Assembly (NCBI RefSeq): GCF_000142905.1
Contig: NW_013657591.1
Coordinates: 1-7,995, forward strand
Origin: Thecamonas trahens ATCC 50062
Lineage: Eukaryota > Protista > Apusomonadida
Length of the DNA stretch: 7,995 nt
Direction of reading: 5' to 3'
Shown here: positions 7,148 to 7,995 of the stretch, piece after piece
Numbering within the stretch: the first letter of the stretch is position 1
Layout: the number at the start of each line of letters is the position of its first letter
The notes under the pieces: model-generated
Databases searched by the model: none
Seen by the model: only the letters and a program-made list of their open reading frames with translations
Told to the model about the DNA's origin: nothing
Program-made: the position numbers and the translations under genes

Positions 7148-7995
7148 TCATTTCCCTCCCCTCTTCCCCTTCCCACCCCCCTTCCCCTTCTTCTTCCTCG
7201 GCCCCTCCGCCCGATACTTGGGCCCGCCCTCCCACCGCGGCCCAGGCTCCCCAACCACAACCCCGCCGCGCCGCTTCCGCTTGCTCTTGTTCCGCCACAC
7301 GCCCCACCCTCCCATCTCGCCCATCACGCCACCGCTCGGCCGCGCGATGACGAATCCCGCGAGCGACCGGCTCGACTCGCGCGCGCCGTACACCACGTCG
7401 GCGTCGGCCGCGCTCGCAAACGCCACCACGGCCTCGCGCTCGCCCGGCCGCGTCCGGATGCTCACCACCCGCACGCCGACCGAGCCCACCACGTGCGGCA
7501 GATCGAGCGGCAGCGTGCTCTCGCCGTCCGCCGCCACGCTCACCACGAGCGCCCGCGCCGCCGCGTCGTCCACGGCCGTCACGCCCCGCGGAACGGCCGC
7601 CGGCCGCGCCACCAGCGGCGAGAACACGGCGAGGTGCCCGAGGCGCGGCACGTACGAGACGCCGACCCTCACGTCAAACGCCCACCCGCCGACGCCCACC
7701 CCGCACCCGCGAGCACCACCCCCGCCGTGCGCCAGCGCCGCCGCCCCGTCCACCCGATGCGCCACGCCCGCGCCCACCGACCCCGCCCCGCCGGCCAGCC
7801 CCACGCCGTTGCCCACCACAAACCCGCCGCACGTCACCACCCACGTCGCCGCTCCGTCTCCCGGCCCGCCGGTACTCGCACACGAGCGGTCGGCACACCA
7901 CCTCCCGCCCCGGCCGCGTCCCACGGGGAGGAACGTCCGGCATGCCCACGCCCGGGCGCGCTGACGAGGACAAAGCGCGGCGGGGCGAGGCGCGA
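7148..7995 (-). CDS. 3' part of a hypothetical protein with an RRM-like segment and a Lys/Arg/Gly-rich tail; begins beyond the window
   Basis: The frame is open from the window edge to TGA at 7150-7148, with GC3 bias over most of 7860-7330. 'ALVVSV...LPHVVGSVGVRVVSIRT...REAVVAFASAADADVV' fits the RRM beta-alpha-beta-beta-alpha pattern with an RNP1-like AVVAF. The tail contains NLS-like KSKRKRR and RKKKGK. Confidence 0.65.
   Translation of the reverse strand, partial: APRPAALCPRQRARAWACRTFLPVGRGRGGRWCADRSCASTGGPGDGAATWVVTCGGFVVGNGVGLAGGAGSVGAGVAHRVDGAAALAHGGGGARGCGVGVGGWAFDVRVGVSYVPRLGHLAVFSPLVARPAAVPRGVTAVDDAAARALVVSVAADGESTLPLDLPHVVGSVGVRVVSIRTRPGEREAVVAFASAADADVVYGARESSRSLAGFVIARPSGGVMGEMGGWGVWRNKSKRKRRGGVVVGEPGPRWEGGPKYRAEGPRKKKGKGGGKGKRGGK

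Noticed and set aside
6996-7964. ORFs 7218-7964 (+), 7021-7350 (+) and 6996-7307 (-)
   Set aside because: Pro/Thr/Ala-rich antisense shadows or low-complexity alternate frames of the minus-strand gene and the intergenic DNA.

Overview
This is the left end of a chromosome from a GC-rich eukaryote with TTAGGG telomeres; the organism cannot be identified from the sequence. Bases 1-737 are a (CCCTAA)n telomere, interrupted distally and perfect proximally. About 738-2440 is subtelomeric DNA that is CpG-poor and TpG/CpA-rich, and reads like the deaminated relic of GC-rich sequence. A weakly supported minus-strand ORF lies at 2439-~2890. The main gene (3122-6958, +) has an ATG-only first exon, a 101-nt intron and two apparent single-base frameshifts (~5270, ~6352). 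Repaired, it encodes a ~1245-aa protein: an unrecognised ~300-aa N-terminal region, a dynamin-superfamily GTPase resembling the SLIP-GC/NUGGC family, a helical region, a RING/U-box-like Cys/His motif and a helical tail. The 3' part of a convergent minus-strand gene with an RRM-like segment and a basic tail (7148->7995) closes the window. Family assignments come from motif recognition by eye, not from database searches.
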